Below, in pieces: positions 36,241 to 45,480 of a stretch of DNA of 64,000 nucleotides. This DNA comes from a virus: positions 37,914-101,913 of IMG/VR virus record IMGVR_UViG_3300031251_000004; one strand, given 5' to 3'. The notes beneath the pieces were generated by a model. That model worked only from the letters and a program-made list of their open reading frames with translations. It had not been told where the DNA came from and did no database searches. Every line of letters begins with the position of its first letter. Position 1 is the stretch's first letter. Made by a program: the position numbers and the translations under genes.

Positions 36241-37202
36241 TAATTTATGAACCATGGATTATTTTTATACCATTGAACTGTCCTGGCAATACCATCTTTA
36301 AATTTAACTTGTGGCTTCCAATTTAGTTCATTTTTGATCTTATCACAATTTACCGAATAACGAAAATCATGACCGCTGCCACGAGGATCAGTTATATGTT
36401 CGACTAAGCTATGACCACCACCCATAGCATTACATACTTCTTGAACAACTTCTATATTAGAATACTCTTGATTTGATGATATGTTATATATTGTATTTAC
36501 TTTATCTGATCCTAATATAGATAGTAATGCATCACAATTATCATCAACATAAGTCCATTCACGAAGAAATGAACCATTACCATACACTGGTATTTTTTGA
36601 TTATTTATAATTGATTTTATAATAACTGGAATGAGTTTTTCTGATTGCCTTGGTCCGTAATTGTTAGAACAACGAGTTATAACATATGGTAATCCAAAAG
36701 AATTGTTAGCGGATTTGATTATTAATTCGCCTGATGCCTTGGAAGCTGAGTATGGATTTTTTGGATCCAATGGCGCGTCTTCTGTCCAAGGCAGATCATT
36801 TGATGATTTCAATGAACCCATAACCTCATCTGTGCTAGTATATACTAATTTTTTTACTCCATATTTTACACAAGCATTTACAATTATTTGGGTTCCAAGC
36901 ACGTTGGAACGAATGAACTCGTTAGGATTTTTTAACGAATCATCAACGAAGCTACAAGCAGCAGCATGCAGAACAATCTCAGGCTTTACATACTCAAATA
37001 TCCTATTCATAATATGTTCATCACATATATCTGCAAGATAGAATGAATGGCTTTTATGTTCGTAGATATTATTTAGCAATGATGATTTAGATATTCTATC
37101 TATACTAGCTATATCATATGGTGTTTTATCATAAATTGCTTTACGAATAAAATTAGAAATTATAAATCCACAGGAACCTGTGATTAGTAATCGTTGTTTC
37201 AT
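36240..37202 (-). CDS. rmlB: dTDP-glucose 4,6-dehydratase-like NAD-dependent epimerase/dehydratase
   Basis: ITGSCGFI, H.AA.S.VD.S, F..SNV.GT, STDEV, YSASK, RCSNNYGP.Q.EKLIP, GHDFRY. Confidence 0.85.
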   Translation of the reverse strand: MKQRLLITGSCGFIISNFIRKAIYDKTPYDIASIDRISKSSLLNNIYEHKSHSFYLADICDEHIMNRIFEYVKPEIVLHAAACSFVDDSLKNPNEFIRSNVLGTQIIVNACVKYGVKKLVYTSTDEVMGSLKSSNDLPWTEDAPLDPKNPYSASKASGELIIKSANNSFGLPYVITRCSNNYGPRQSEKLIPVIIKSIINNQKIPVYGNGSFLREWTYVDDNCDALLSILGSDKVNTIYNISSNQEYSNIEVVQEVCNAMGGGHSLVEHITDPRGSGHDFRYSVNCDKIKNELNWKPQVKFKDGIARTVQWYKNNPWFIN

Positions 37203-38038
37203 TTTTTACTCTTGTATAAGTTATAATTAGGATTGCTTACATACAATGTATGATTTTCTTTTATTGTATTGCCCCATTTTTTACGGAATAGATTTACATT
37301 ATGTTGCATAAATAATCGATTTGTTTTTGTGGTTTTCAATGTTGCGGATTCTTCGTGAAAAATATTTGTTTCACCACAATATATAACTCTTTTATTCAAA
37401 TTGTATCTGATTGCAAGGCATAAGTCAATATCGTCAAAACACCAAATAAATTGTTCATCAAAACCATTCAGCCCGCTTTTATTTGTCCTGCATGCATTTT
37501 CATATAACCCAGCTCGGACCAAAAGAACCGCTCCCGTGCAGGCATCGAACTCTCTGTTCTTTCGTGCATGTGCATCTTCCATCTCACCTAATCGATAGTG
37601 CCATGGAAGCATGTCTTTATTCTTGTCCCATTCTATTCCCGCATGTTGGAGTTTTCTTGTATCTGTATAATTTAGTTTTGCTCCAACAATACCAACGCTA
37701 CCATCATTATCCATAATTCTAATCATATTTTTTATTGATGAGAAGTCATTAAAAATAATATCATTATTCAATAATAGAATATAATCGTTTTCCTTCGGTG
37801 ATGCTTCCTTGAATAATACATTACATCCTTCTGCGAAGTTTTGTAAATTATTCTTCCATTGTATTGGAATTATATTAGAATTATTTAATCCATTTAGATA
37901 TTCAATAGAACCATCATTAGAACCGTTCTCTTTTACTAACCATTTATATTCAATATTATTTAATGATTTGATTAGTGTTGGTGCAAGCTTTTCTAATTTA
38001 GATTTGCCGTTCCAAGATAGTGTGAGTATATGTAGCAT
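37199..38038 (-). CDS. Glycosyltransferase family 2
   Basis: ENGSNDGS, NFAEGCN, LLLNND, TGA.LL, GFDE.F....DIDLC, HEESAT; start MLHIL coupled (TAATG) to the upstream stop. Confidence 0.88.
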   Translation of the reverse strand: MLHILTLSWNGKSKLEKLAPTLIKSLNNIEYKWLVKENGSNDGSIEYLNGLNNSNIIPIQWKNNLQNFAEGCNVLFKEASPKENDYILLLNNDIIFNDFSSIKNMIRIMDNDGSVGIVGAKLNYTDTRKLQHAGIEWDKNKDMLPWHYRLGEMEDAHARKNREFDACTGAVLLVRAGLYENACRTNKSGLNGFDEQFIWCFDDIDLCLAIRYNLNKRVIYCGETNIFHEESATLKTTKTNRLFMQHNVNLFRKKWGNTIKENHTLYVSNPNYNLYKSKK

Positions 38039-38931
38039 TATATTTTTTTCCAAGTTCTACGCTCTATTATATCACATATAGTGGCAAATGAAACGTGATA
38101 TAAGTGCATAAGTTCCGTTTTTGTAATTTCTCTTGTAGCAAATTTTTCTCTTATTATAAGAACATCTTCTTTTTTTAATTTTAGTCCTTTACCAGAAGCA
38201 GATTCGGACATTTTTTCCCGTACCTCGTCTGAACGTTTCTGCCCTCTTAACTTAAGAACTCTTTTTTCAATTGTTTCTGGTGATTGTTTAATACCATACA
38301 TTGGATTATTTTCACCCATATTTGCTACGGACATTTTTTTACGCGTTTCCTCCGACTTCGGAGGAGCTGGTCTGCCAGACAATGTTTTAGATATTTTTTC
38401 TTTTGTTTCATCTGTATGATGTTTACCATAAAATGGATGGTTCTCACCTTTTACCGCATCAGATATTTTTTTCTTTTGTTCTTCGGTACAAATATACCCT
38501 TTATGTGCGTCAGATATATTTTTCTTTTGCTCTTCTGTTCTTTTTTTACCAAAATTTGGATTATTTTCACCTGTTATACCAAGCCAGTGCGCTGATTTTT
38601 TATTAGACTCTTTAATTTTTTCAATAGTTTCCAACGAATGTTTACCGCGTGAACCACCTTTCCTTAAATTATATCCAAATTCAGGATTATCGGATTTATA
38701 TTTATCAATAAAATAATCTTCCCAATAATTTGCTGTTTCCTGCGTTCCGCATAACATTATGAATTCATAATAAAAATTATTTTTTCCATACAAATCAATC
38801 GCTCTTTGAAGATGCGTACAACCTGTATAGCCACCATACCATCTATCTTTTATAGATTGCCATGTTTGTCCAATATATACTTTAGTATTAGCGTTATTTT
38901 TTAATATATAAATAATATTACATATGTTCAT
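38038..38931 (-). mobile_element. GIY-YIG homing endonuclease with NUMOD3 repeats
   Basis: IIY.L.N....VYIGQT...RW, E..I, GYN; repeated H/R-T/S-EE-T-K-KIS units; C-terminal HTH-like tail. Confidence 0.88.
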
Positions 38932-38935
38932 AGTT

Positions 38936-39967
38936 TTAGAACCCTATGCTTAGATTAAGTCCACCATACATATGACCCTTTGCATCTAATTGAAATGATG
39001 GACCAATGAACGTATTGTCTACAATTCCCTTTGGTAATAGACCAGAAATATTAAACGATATGGGGTTCAATATACCTGCAACTGTTTGAGTATTTGATTC
39101 ATAGCCAACACCTAATTGTAAAATTGATATGGATGGGCTAACCTTAGTTGTTCCATAAGAAGCTATACCAAGCGTCACACCAGCATTAACACTTCCTGCC
39201 AAGTGTGTTATATCTGCTCCACCGCCAGCAGTTAAAAATAACCTAGGATTAAACAACGTGAACGAACTTGCTGGAAGCGTTTCTTCATATGTACCAGTGG
39301 TAGCATTTATTGGAACCGTTTTACCATTTGATGTAATTTGAATAGTATTATAAACAACATGTTTACCATCAGCTGTTGTTCCGAGTACATTATTTACTGA
39401 GTATGTTCGTGGATAGATATCTTCGCTCCATGGCTTTGAGCTTGATGCATCAAATGACACATTTCCAATTGGAACTGCAACTGTAGATGTTGCTGTGGCA
39501 CCAGCAAATTGTTCATTTAGCTCCAAATGTTGAACATTGCTTGTATAACCATATGGGTCTGCATTAGGACAAGGTATATCTTGTCCATTACATTTTACCG
39601 TTGGAACCGTTGATGGATGTGTGTCTGGCGTTGTACTGGTAGAACCGACATTCGTTGCGACTGTTCCACCGCTATTCACCGTAACATGATTGATACCCGT
39701 AAGTGAAGCACCAAGCGTACTCAAATCTTTACTAATTGTATTAAGATTTATGTCGTTTTGTTTTGCGAAATTATTTAAATCATCTTTTGACACATATGAT
39801 GATTGTGATCGAACTATTTGATCTGCTAATTGTTTTTGTGTTATTACCGATTGATTGATTGCCGTTTGCATATTATGCATTTCGATTTGTTGGTAAATTA
39901 TAAATCCAATTGCACCTACTACAAGTACTCCGGCAATTGCTAAAATTATCTTTGTTATTAAACTCAT
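38936..39967 (-). CDS. Membrane-anchored envelope protein with C-terminal amphipathic beta-strands ending in Phe
   Basis: N-terminal TM (IILAIAGVLVVGAIGFIIY), coiled coil, final YGGLNLSIGF; ATG 39967 has an AGGAG RBS. Confidence 0.6.
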   Translation of the reverse strand: MSLITKIILAIAGVLVVGAIGFIIYQQIEMHNMQTAINQSVITQKQLADQIVRSQSSYVSKDDLNNFAKQNDINLNTISKDLSTLGASLTGINHVTVNSGGTVATNVGSTSTTPDTHPSTVPTVKCNGQDIPCPNADPYGYTSNVQHLELNEQFAGATATSTVAVPIGNVSFDASSSKPWSEDIYPRTYSVNNVLGTTADGKHVVYNTIQITSNGKTVPINATTGTYEETLPASSFTLFNPRLFLTAGGGADITHLAGSVNAGVTLGIASYGTTKVSPSISILQLGVGYESNTQTVAGILNPISFNISGLLPKGIVDNTFIGPSFQLDAKGHMYGGLNLSIGF

Positions 39968-40021
39968 ATTCGTTCTCCTATACAACCAATTTATGAATCA
40001 AAATAATATTCGCAACTAAAA

Positions 40022-40708
40022 CTAAATAGAATTATTTTTTTCCCAGTCGCTAATAAAAACTTTTCTGCCATCATTGTATAATTTAGGAATATTTACTGGG
40101 TTGGTTGATTTTTTTCCATAGTGAGCCACTGACACTGGCACCACCTTAAATGGTATGCCGAGCTTTCTTGCCCTAAATGAAAGATCCGTGTCGTTGAAGT
40201 ACATAGGGTACTTTTCGTTCCATATCTGTCCATTACCAAGATCTAATTTATTCCAGTTTTCTTTTGATGATGCAACACACCAGCCTGACATATATGAATT
40301 ACCATGAAGATGCATATTTGCTTCACGAACAAAATTTAACTTATCATCTAATTGACCCATTGTCGGACCAATGATACCATCATTACATGATTTTATAATA
40401 AGGTTAGTCCAACTGCGTCTATCACCTCTTACCTTAATATCATTATTTAGAAACAAAACACTATCACCTTTTGATGCAATATATCCAATATTACATCCTT
40501 TGGAATGAAAATAGTTTTCATTATTTCTAATATAGACAAAATTAGAATTAGTTATTTTTTCTAATTCTTTTTGTGTTTCATCTGTTGATGCATTATCAAC
40601 AATAATTATTTCATTATTGATATCTAAATATAATAAATCTTCAACACAAGATTTTGTAAAACTATATTTATTATAAACTGGTACTATTATGCTTAGATCG
40701 TATTTCAT
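40022..40708 (-). CDS. Glycosyltransferase family 2
   Basis: LSIIVPVYN, IIVDNASTD, CNIG, FLNND, YFNDTDL. Confidence 0.88.
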   Translation of the reverse strand: MKYDLSIIVPVYNKYSFTKSCVEDLLYLDINNEIIIVDNASTDETQKELEKITNSNFVYIRNNENYFHSKGCNIGYIASKGDSVLFLNNDIKVRGDRRSWTNLIIKSCNDGIIGPTMGQLDDKLNFVREANMHLHGNSYMSGWCVASSKENWNKLDLGNGQIWNEKYPMYFNDTDLSFRARKLGIPFKVVPVSVAHYGKKSTNPVNIPKLYNDGRKVFISDWEKNNSI

Positions 40709-41829
40709 ACCGCCAATTTTAATATCTTATTGGTTATCGTCAGCCAGTTATAATTCTTTTCAGTTTCCTCTATATTGCATTTATATCTTTTTAATAATTC
40801 GTCCTTGTTAGAAACTGCAAATCTTAATTTAGACACACCATCATCTAGATCTGGCTTGAACGCCTTTGTTCCGATTTTCCCTTGCCAATATAAATAATTT
40901 GCGGGAACCATAAACTCTTTTCCATCAATCAGTAATGAATTATCACTATTTAGAAAATCTAAGAACCCGCCATACCTCGGCGCTATATTAATTAATCCTA
41001 ATGCATTCGCTTCCAACGCACACATACCAAAACCTTCTGTATTACTTGCAGTAAATACTATATCACAAGCCTTATATAATGAATATATATTTGGGATATA
41101 TTCTCTTATTATTTCTACTTCTGCATGATTTTTATATTTGTTATTGAAATTATTATACAGATCTCTAAATGATAGTTCAAACGGTTGAGTTGGAGTTTTT
41201 TCTTGTATTTTTAGTACGAGACACACATCATCTGATTTATCAAATGCTTTTCCATACATATCCAAAAGACCATCTATATTTTTTCTTCTATGTATTTGAC
41301 CAAGTGGCTGAACCATAATTTTAGTTGATTTTTTAGTTTTCAATTTAAATGGTATGGCGGAATTGATTTGTTCAAAATCGACACCGTGTGGAATCACTGT
41401 CATAGCAGAATTAGGTATACCTGAATCAAGAAAAACTTGTTTTGCAAAATTAGATGGTGGCAGTAATTGATCTGCAAATCTATAACATTTAGCGAAACCA
41501 TCAGGTAATGCATTTTTACCAGCAAACTCATATGTCCAAATACCAAATCTATTTTTTGGTGCATGAGAAAGATATGGTTGCATATTTTTTAATGCTGTAT
41601 AAGATATAACCATATCATAATGATTATCTGGTAATTTACCAAATGCTAATTTGTTTTCTTCTGAATAACCTATGAGGTGAGATTTTAAATTATCTGGTAT
41701 ATTATTACCACCATCAGTTGAAAATAAATCAACATCGTGTTTTTGCGATATTAATGCTGTTGCAATACCACGACCTACATGTGCCCAAGAATGATTAGCA
41801 TTTAAGAATTGACGTATTAGTACGCGCAT
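40705..41829 (-). CDS. Glycosyltransferase family 4 (GT-B fold)
   Basis: PSNF, IPHGVD, RKNIDGL, YKACD...S.TEGFG..ALEA.A.G. Confidence 0.88.
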   Translation of the reverse strand: MRVLIRQFLNANHSWAHVGRGIATALISQKHDVDLFSTDGGNNIPDNLKSHLIGYSEENKLAFGKLPDNHYDMVISYTALKNMQPYLSHAPKNRFGIWTYEFAGKNALPDGFAKCYRFADQLLPPSNFAKQVFLDSGIPNSAMTVIPHGVDFEQINSAIPFKLKTKKSTKIMVQPLGQIHRRKNIDGLLDMYGKAFDKSDDVCLVLKIQEKTPTQPFELSFRDLYNNFNNKYKNHAEVEIIREYIPNIYSLYKACDIVFTASNTEGFGMCALEANALGLINIAPRYGGFLDFLNSDNSLLIDGKEFMVPANYLYWQGKIGTKAFKPDLDDGVSKLRFAVSNKDELLKRYKCNIEETEKNYNWLTITNKILKLAV

Positions 41830-41837
41830 ACTTATAC

Positions 41838-41846
41838 TATATCACT
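41838..41846 (-). promoter_or_regulatory. Extended -10-like element AGTGATATA upstream of the glycosyltransferase operon
   Basis: Identical 9-mer is part of the promoter at 18485-18493; AGTTATATA lies upstream of the endolysin (34761-34769). Confidence 0.35.
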
Positions 41847-41865
41847 TGTCTTTTATAGTAAAATT

Positions 41866-44800
41866 TTAATTTGGAGGAGTACCAAGTATAGTGAATGATG
41901 GTCCAGAATTACCACCCGGAGTATATGTATCATCACCGTTATATAATGCACTGGTAGTAAATGTTTCATTACCATCTGCTGGCGGCACAATACGATCACC
42001 AAAAACCGCATCTGATATAGGTGAACGTCCAGCCGTACCTTGACTAATTAATACGGTAGCAGAACCAAAAGTTAATGTCAGTGGTCCAGTCATAAAACTA
42101 TTACCGGTTGCTGTGCCATAAATATTAAGACTTACAGTACCAACTGGAGCACCAGTGAATGGGCTATTTTCTGGAAATGATCCGCTTACTGTAATAGTAA
42201 TTGTAATATCACTAACTGGTGGTGGTGCAGCAGAATCTACAGAACTAGGGCTAACGGTTATTGTAATTGTTGGCGTCGCTCTTTGATAGAAATACGATAC
42301 GATGCTTGAAGTAACGGCATTATATGAACTGCTACCAGCATATGATGCTTGTACAGTTTTATATCCTTCATGACCCGAGCCACCAAAAGAAGTTCCAGAA
42401 ATCCATATAGCACTACCACCAGTATTATCATCACCACCCAGGTGAGCAAGACCACCAGTCAATGCCGTTGTTATACTATTTATTATTAATGTAACAGTAC
42501 CAGTTACATGATGAACTCCATCACCTACAAGATGTACAGAATCAACTGTATTAGGATTACCTGTGGTAGGGTCATGAGTAAATACTTGAGAAATACTAGG
42601 GGTCAATTTACTTATAACAAATCCGTTTATAAATTGACTTGATCCATTGAAATTAGAATCACCTACATAATTTGCTTGTAATTGGTATGTTCCAGATGTT
42701 GCAATATTTAGACCGCTTATTGTTGCAACATTTGAGCTTATAACACCTGAACCTAAATTAGTAAATGGTGATACTATTGTAAATGTTACGCTTCCTGATG
42801 GACTTAATCCATATTGCGGATTCACCGTGGCACTTAGACCAAATGTACTAAATATCGTTTCACCAGATGATGGTGACGCTGAAAACGGAGTAATTGTTGT
42901 GTTGGCCTTACTTACAGTTTGTGTGATTGGAGTTGATGTGCTACCAGCATTATTAGAATCACCAGAATATACTGCTGTAATTGAATGTGAGCCAGCTGTT
43001 AATAATCCATAAGACGCAGTATTTACTGGTAATGTAGTTGTGGCAAATGTAATACCATCATATTTGAATGTTAATGTGCCAGTTGGACTAGAACCTGTTA
43101 CGGTAGCAGTAAACGTAACAGTTTGACCATATGTTGATGATGGTAGATTAGATACCAATACTGTTAAGCTTGGAGCAGCAGTAACATTTTGAGTTAGATT
43201 TATAGATACACTTGCATTGAAGTTTGCATTACCAAGATATGTACTTGTTATCATTGTGTGAGAACCAGTTGTTAAACCTGAATAAGCATATGCTCCGCTA
43301 CCACTTGTTAGTGGTATAAGACCACTGATGTTTGTTACACCATCTTTGAATTGTATATAACCATCTGGCGTACCGGTTGTAGCAGATGTTACAGTTGAGC
43401 TAAATGTTGTGAATTGATTTTTAGCAGTTGGATTAATTGAAGAGCCAATTGATGTAGTTGTATTTGCTTTACTAACAGTTAGTATTGGTGATAGAGATGA
43501 AGTTGCTGAATTATAAATTGTATCTCCGCTATAATTTGCAGAAACAGTGTGAGTACCAGCAATTAATGCCGAAGTTGATGTTTGAGAAGAGCCGGCTACC
43601 AATGTAATTGGAGCACCGTAGTTAGTGCCATCAATTACGAATTGTACAGTACCAGTAGGAGTTCCCTGAGTTCCAGATGCTGTTCCGAAAAATATAACGC
43701 TATTACCATAAATAGATGGGTTAGCACTTGATGAAATTGAGAATGTTGGAGTTAATTTATTTATAGTTTCAAATACAGTATTTGATGTATCAGGAGCATA
43801 TGTTGAATCACCACTATATACTGCCGTTATTGGATGATTACCTGGAAGAAATTGAGTTGGTGCTAATGCAAATTGAGCTACTCCACCACTTATTGTAATA
43901 GGCGTCCCTATATTTGCACCATTATCTTGAAATTGTACAGTACCAGTTGGCGTACCCAATGAGCCACTAACAGTAGCGGTGAATATAACACCAGTTGTGC
44001 CGTAAGGTACGGTTGGCATATTAGATGTCAATAATGTTGTTGATGCTTCGGCTGTTATTACTTGTGTAATTGGAGTAGATGTACTAGTATTATTATTTGA
44101 GTCACCGCTGTATGTTGCAGTTATAGTATAACTGCCAGTGGTTAAACTGCTAGTTGAATATGTTGCTATACCAGAACCATTTACGGTAACTGGACCACCA
44201 AGAGGTGATGCATTACTATAAAACTGTACTGTTTGAGTTACCGGGCCACCATTAGATCCTATAACGGTAGCGGTAAATGTTATACTAACACCTGCTGGTG
44301 ATGTTGGAGCAGATGATATTACCGTTGTAGTCGTATTAGCTTTATTCACCACTTCGCTTATTGCATTTGACGTACTTGTTAGATAGTTTGTATCACCATT
44401 ATATATTGCAGTTAAAGAATGCGGAGATCCTCCGGCAGAAAATAATGGTATATTTAATGTTGCTAACCCGGAACCATTTACAGGAACCGCGCTACCAAGA
44501 GCAGTAACACCATCATAAAATGTAATTGTACCTGTTGGTACAGTAAATGCAGATGAAACCGTTGCAGATAGTAATACTGCTGTACCGAATGTTACAGGAT
44601 TTGCAGATGTTATTAGTGTTGTTGAGCTTGTTAATTTATTAACTGTCTGCATTAATACAGGAGAGGTGGATGAACTAAAATTACTATCACCAGAATACTG
44701 AGCAGTTATATTATGGCTTCCGGCAGTCAATGTAGATATTGTTGTTGAGCCTGAATTGGATGAAACTCCTGATGTTCCAATAACCATCGCGCCATCATAA

Positions 44801-45474
44801 AATGTAATAGTACCGGTTGCAACCCCACCAACTGGAACAGTAATTGCTGCTGAAAAAATAATACTACCACCATAATTAGATGGATTGCTATTCGAAAAAA
44901 CAGCTATGGATGAAGCGTACTCACTTACTGTAATCAGCGCTGGAAATGACGAACTACCGCCAAATATATTATCACCACTATATTCTGCTATAACGGCGTG
45001 CATTCCTCCACTCAATACTACGGGAACAGATGTTGCCGAACCAGCAACCAGAGTTTCAGTATCTATTACATTTACACCGTCTAAAAATGTAATAGTACCC
45101 GTTGGAGTACCACCTACCCCAGTAACAGTAGAAGAAAATGTTACAGGAGTACCGAATGCTATACCAGTAGCCGACGGAGTTATTGTAGTAACAGACTGGG
45201 TCAGATTTACTATATCTACTTCCAATACATTTGACAACCCAGCTGCGAAGTTTTGATCACCTGCATAGTACACCGTCATCTCATGAACGCCAAGACCTAA
45301 TACAGTAGATGACAAATTAAATGTAAATTGACCATTACTACCAAGTCTTCCAACCGAAACTGTATGTCTGCCATCTTGTAAAATAACAGTACCAGTTGGA
45401 GTTAATAGTATTCCGGGGGACAATACTAAAACATTTATTATTACAGGATCACCTAATGCTATTATTAATGTCAT
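41866..45474 (-). CDS. Ig-like repeat protein (about 12 Big_3-type domains), probable virion surface protein
   Basis: Repeats of S.NP...G..V.F.ATV...PTGTV.F.DG...L..G.H.ITA.YSGD.N; no signal peptide; last gene of the structural block. Confidence 0.85.
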   Translation of the reverse strand: MTLIIALGDPVIINVLVLSPGILLTPTGTVILQDGRHTVSVGRLGSNGQFTFNLSSTVLGLGVHEMTVYYAGDQNFAAGLSNVLEVDIVNLTQSVTTITPSATGIAFGTPVTFSSTVTGVGGTPTGTITFLDGVNVIDTETLVAGSATSVPVVLSGGMHAVIAEYSGDNIFGGSSSFPALITVSEYASSIAVFSNSNPSNYGGSIIFSAAITVPVGGVATGTITFYDGAMVIGTSGVSSNSGSTTISTLTAGSHNITAQYSGDSNFSSSTSPVLMQTVNKLTSSTTLITSANPVTFGTAVLLSATVSSAFTVPTGTITFYDGVTALGSAVPVNGSGLATLNIPLFSAGGSPHSLTAIYNGDTNYLTSTSNAISEVVNKANTTTTVISSAPTSPAGVSITFTATVIGSNGGPVTQTVQFYSNASPLGGPVTVNGSGIATYSTSSLTTGSYTITATYSGDSNNNTSTSTPITQVITAEASTTLLTSNMPTVPYGTTGVIFTATVSGSLGTPTGTVQFQDNGANIGTPITISGGVAQFALAPTQFLPGNHPITAVYSGDSTYAPDTSNTVFETINKLTPTFSISSSANPSIYGNSVIFFGTASGTQGTPTGTVQFVIDGTNYGAPITLVAGSSQTSTSALIAGTHTVSANYSGDTIYNSATSSLSPILTVSKANTTTSIGSSINPTAKNQFTTFSSTVTSATTGTPDGYIQFKDGVTNISGLIPLTSGSGAYAYSGLTTGSHTMITSTYLGNANFNASVSINLTQNVTAAPSLTVLVSNLPSSTYGQTVTFTATVTGSSPTGTLTFKYDGITFATTTLPVNTASYGLLTAGSHSITAVYSGDSNNAGSTSTPITQTVSKANTTITPFSASPSSGETIFSTFGLSATVNPQYGLSPSGSVTFTIVSPFTNLGSGVISSNVATISGLNIATSGTYQLQANYVGDSNFNGSSQFINGFVISKLTPSISQVFTHDPTTGNPNTVDSVHLVGDGVHHVTGTVTLIINSITTALTGGLAHLGGDDNTGGSAIWISGTSFGGSGHEGYKTVQASYAGSSSYNAVTSSIVSYFYQRATPTITITVSPSSVDSAAPPPVSDITITITVSGSFPENSPFTGAPVGTVSLNIYGTATGNSFMTGPLTLTFGSATVLISQGTAGRSPISDAVFGDRIVPPADGNETFTTSALYNGDDTYTPGGNSGPSFTILGTPPN

Positions 45475-45480
45475 AATCTC

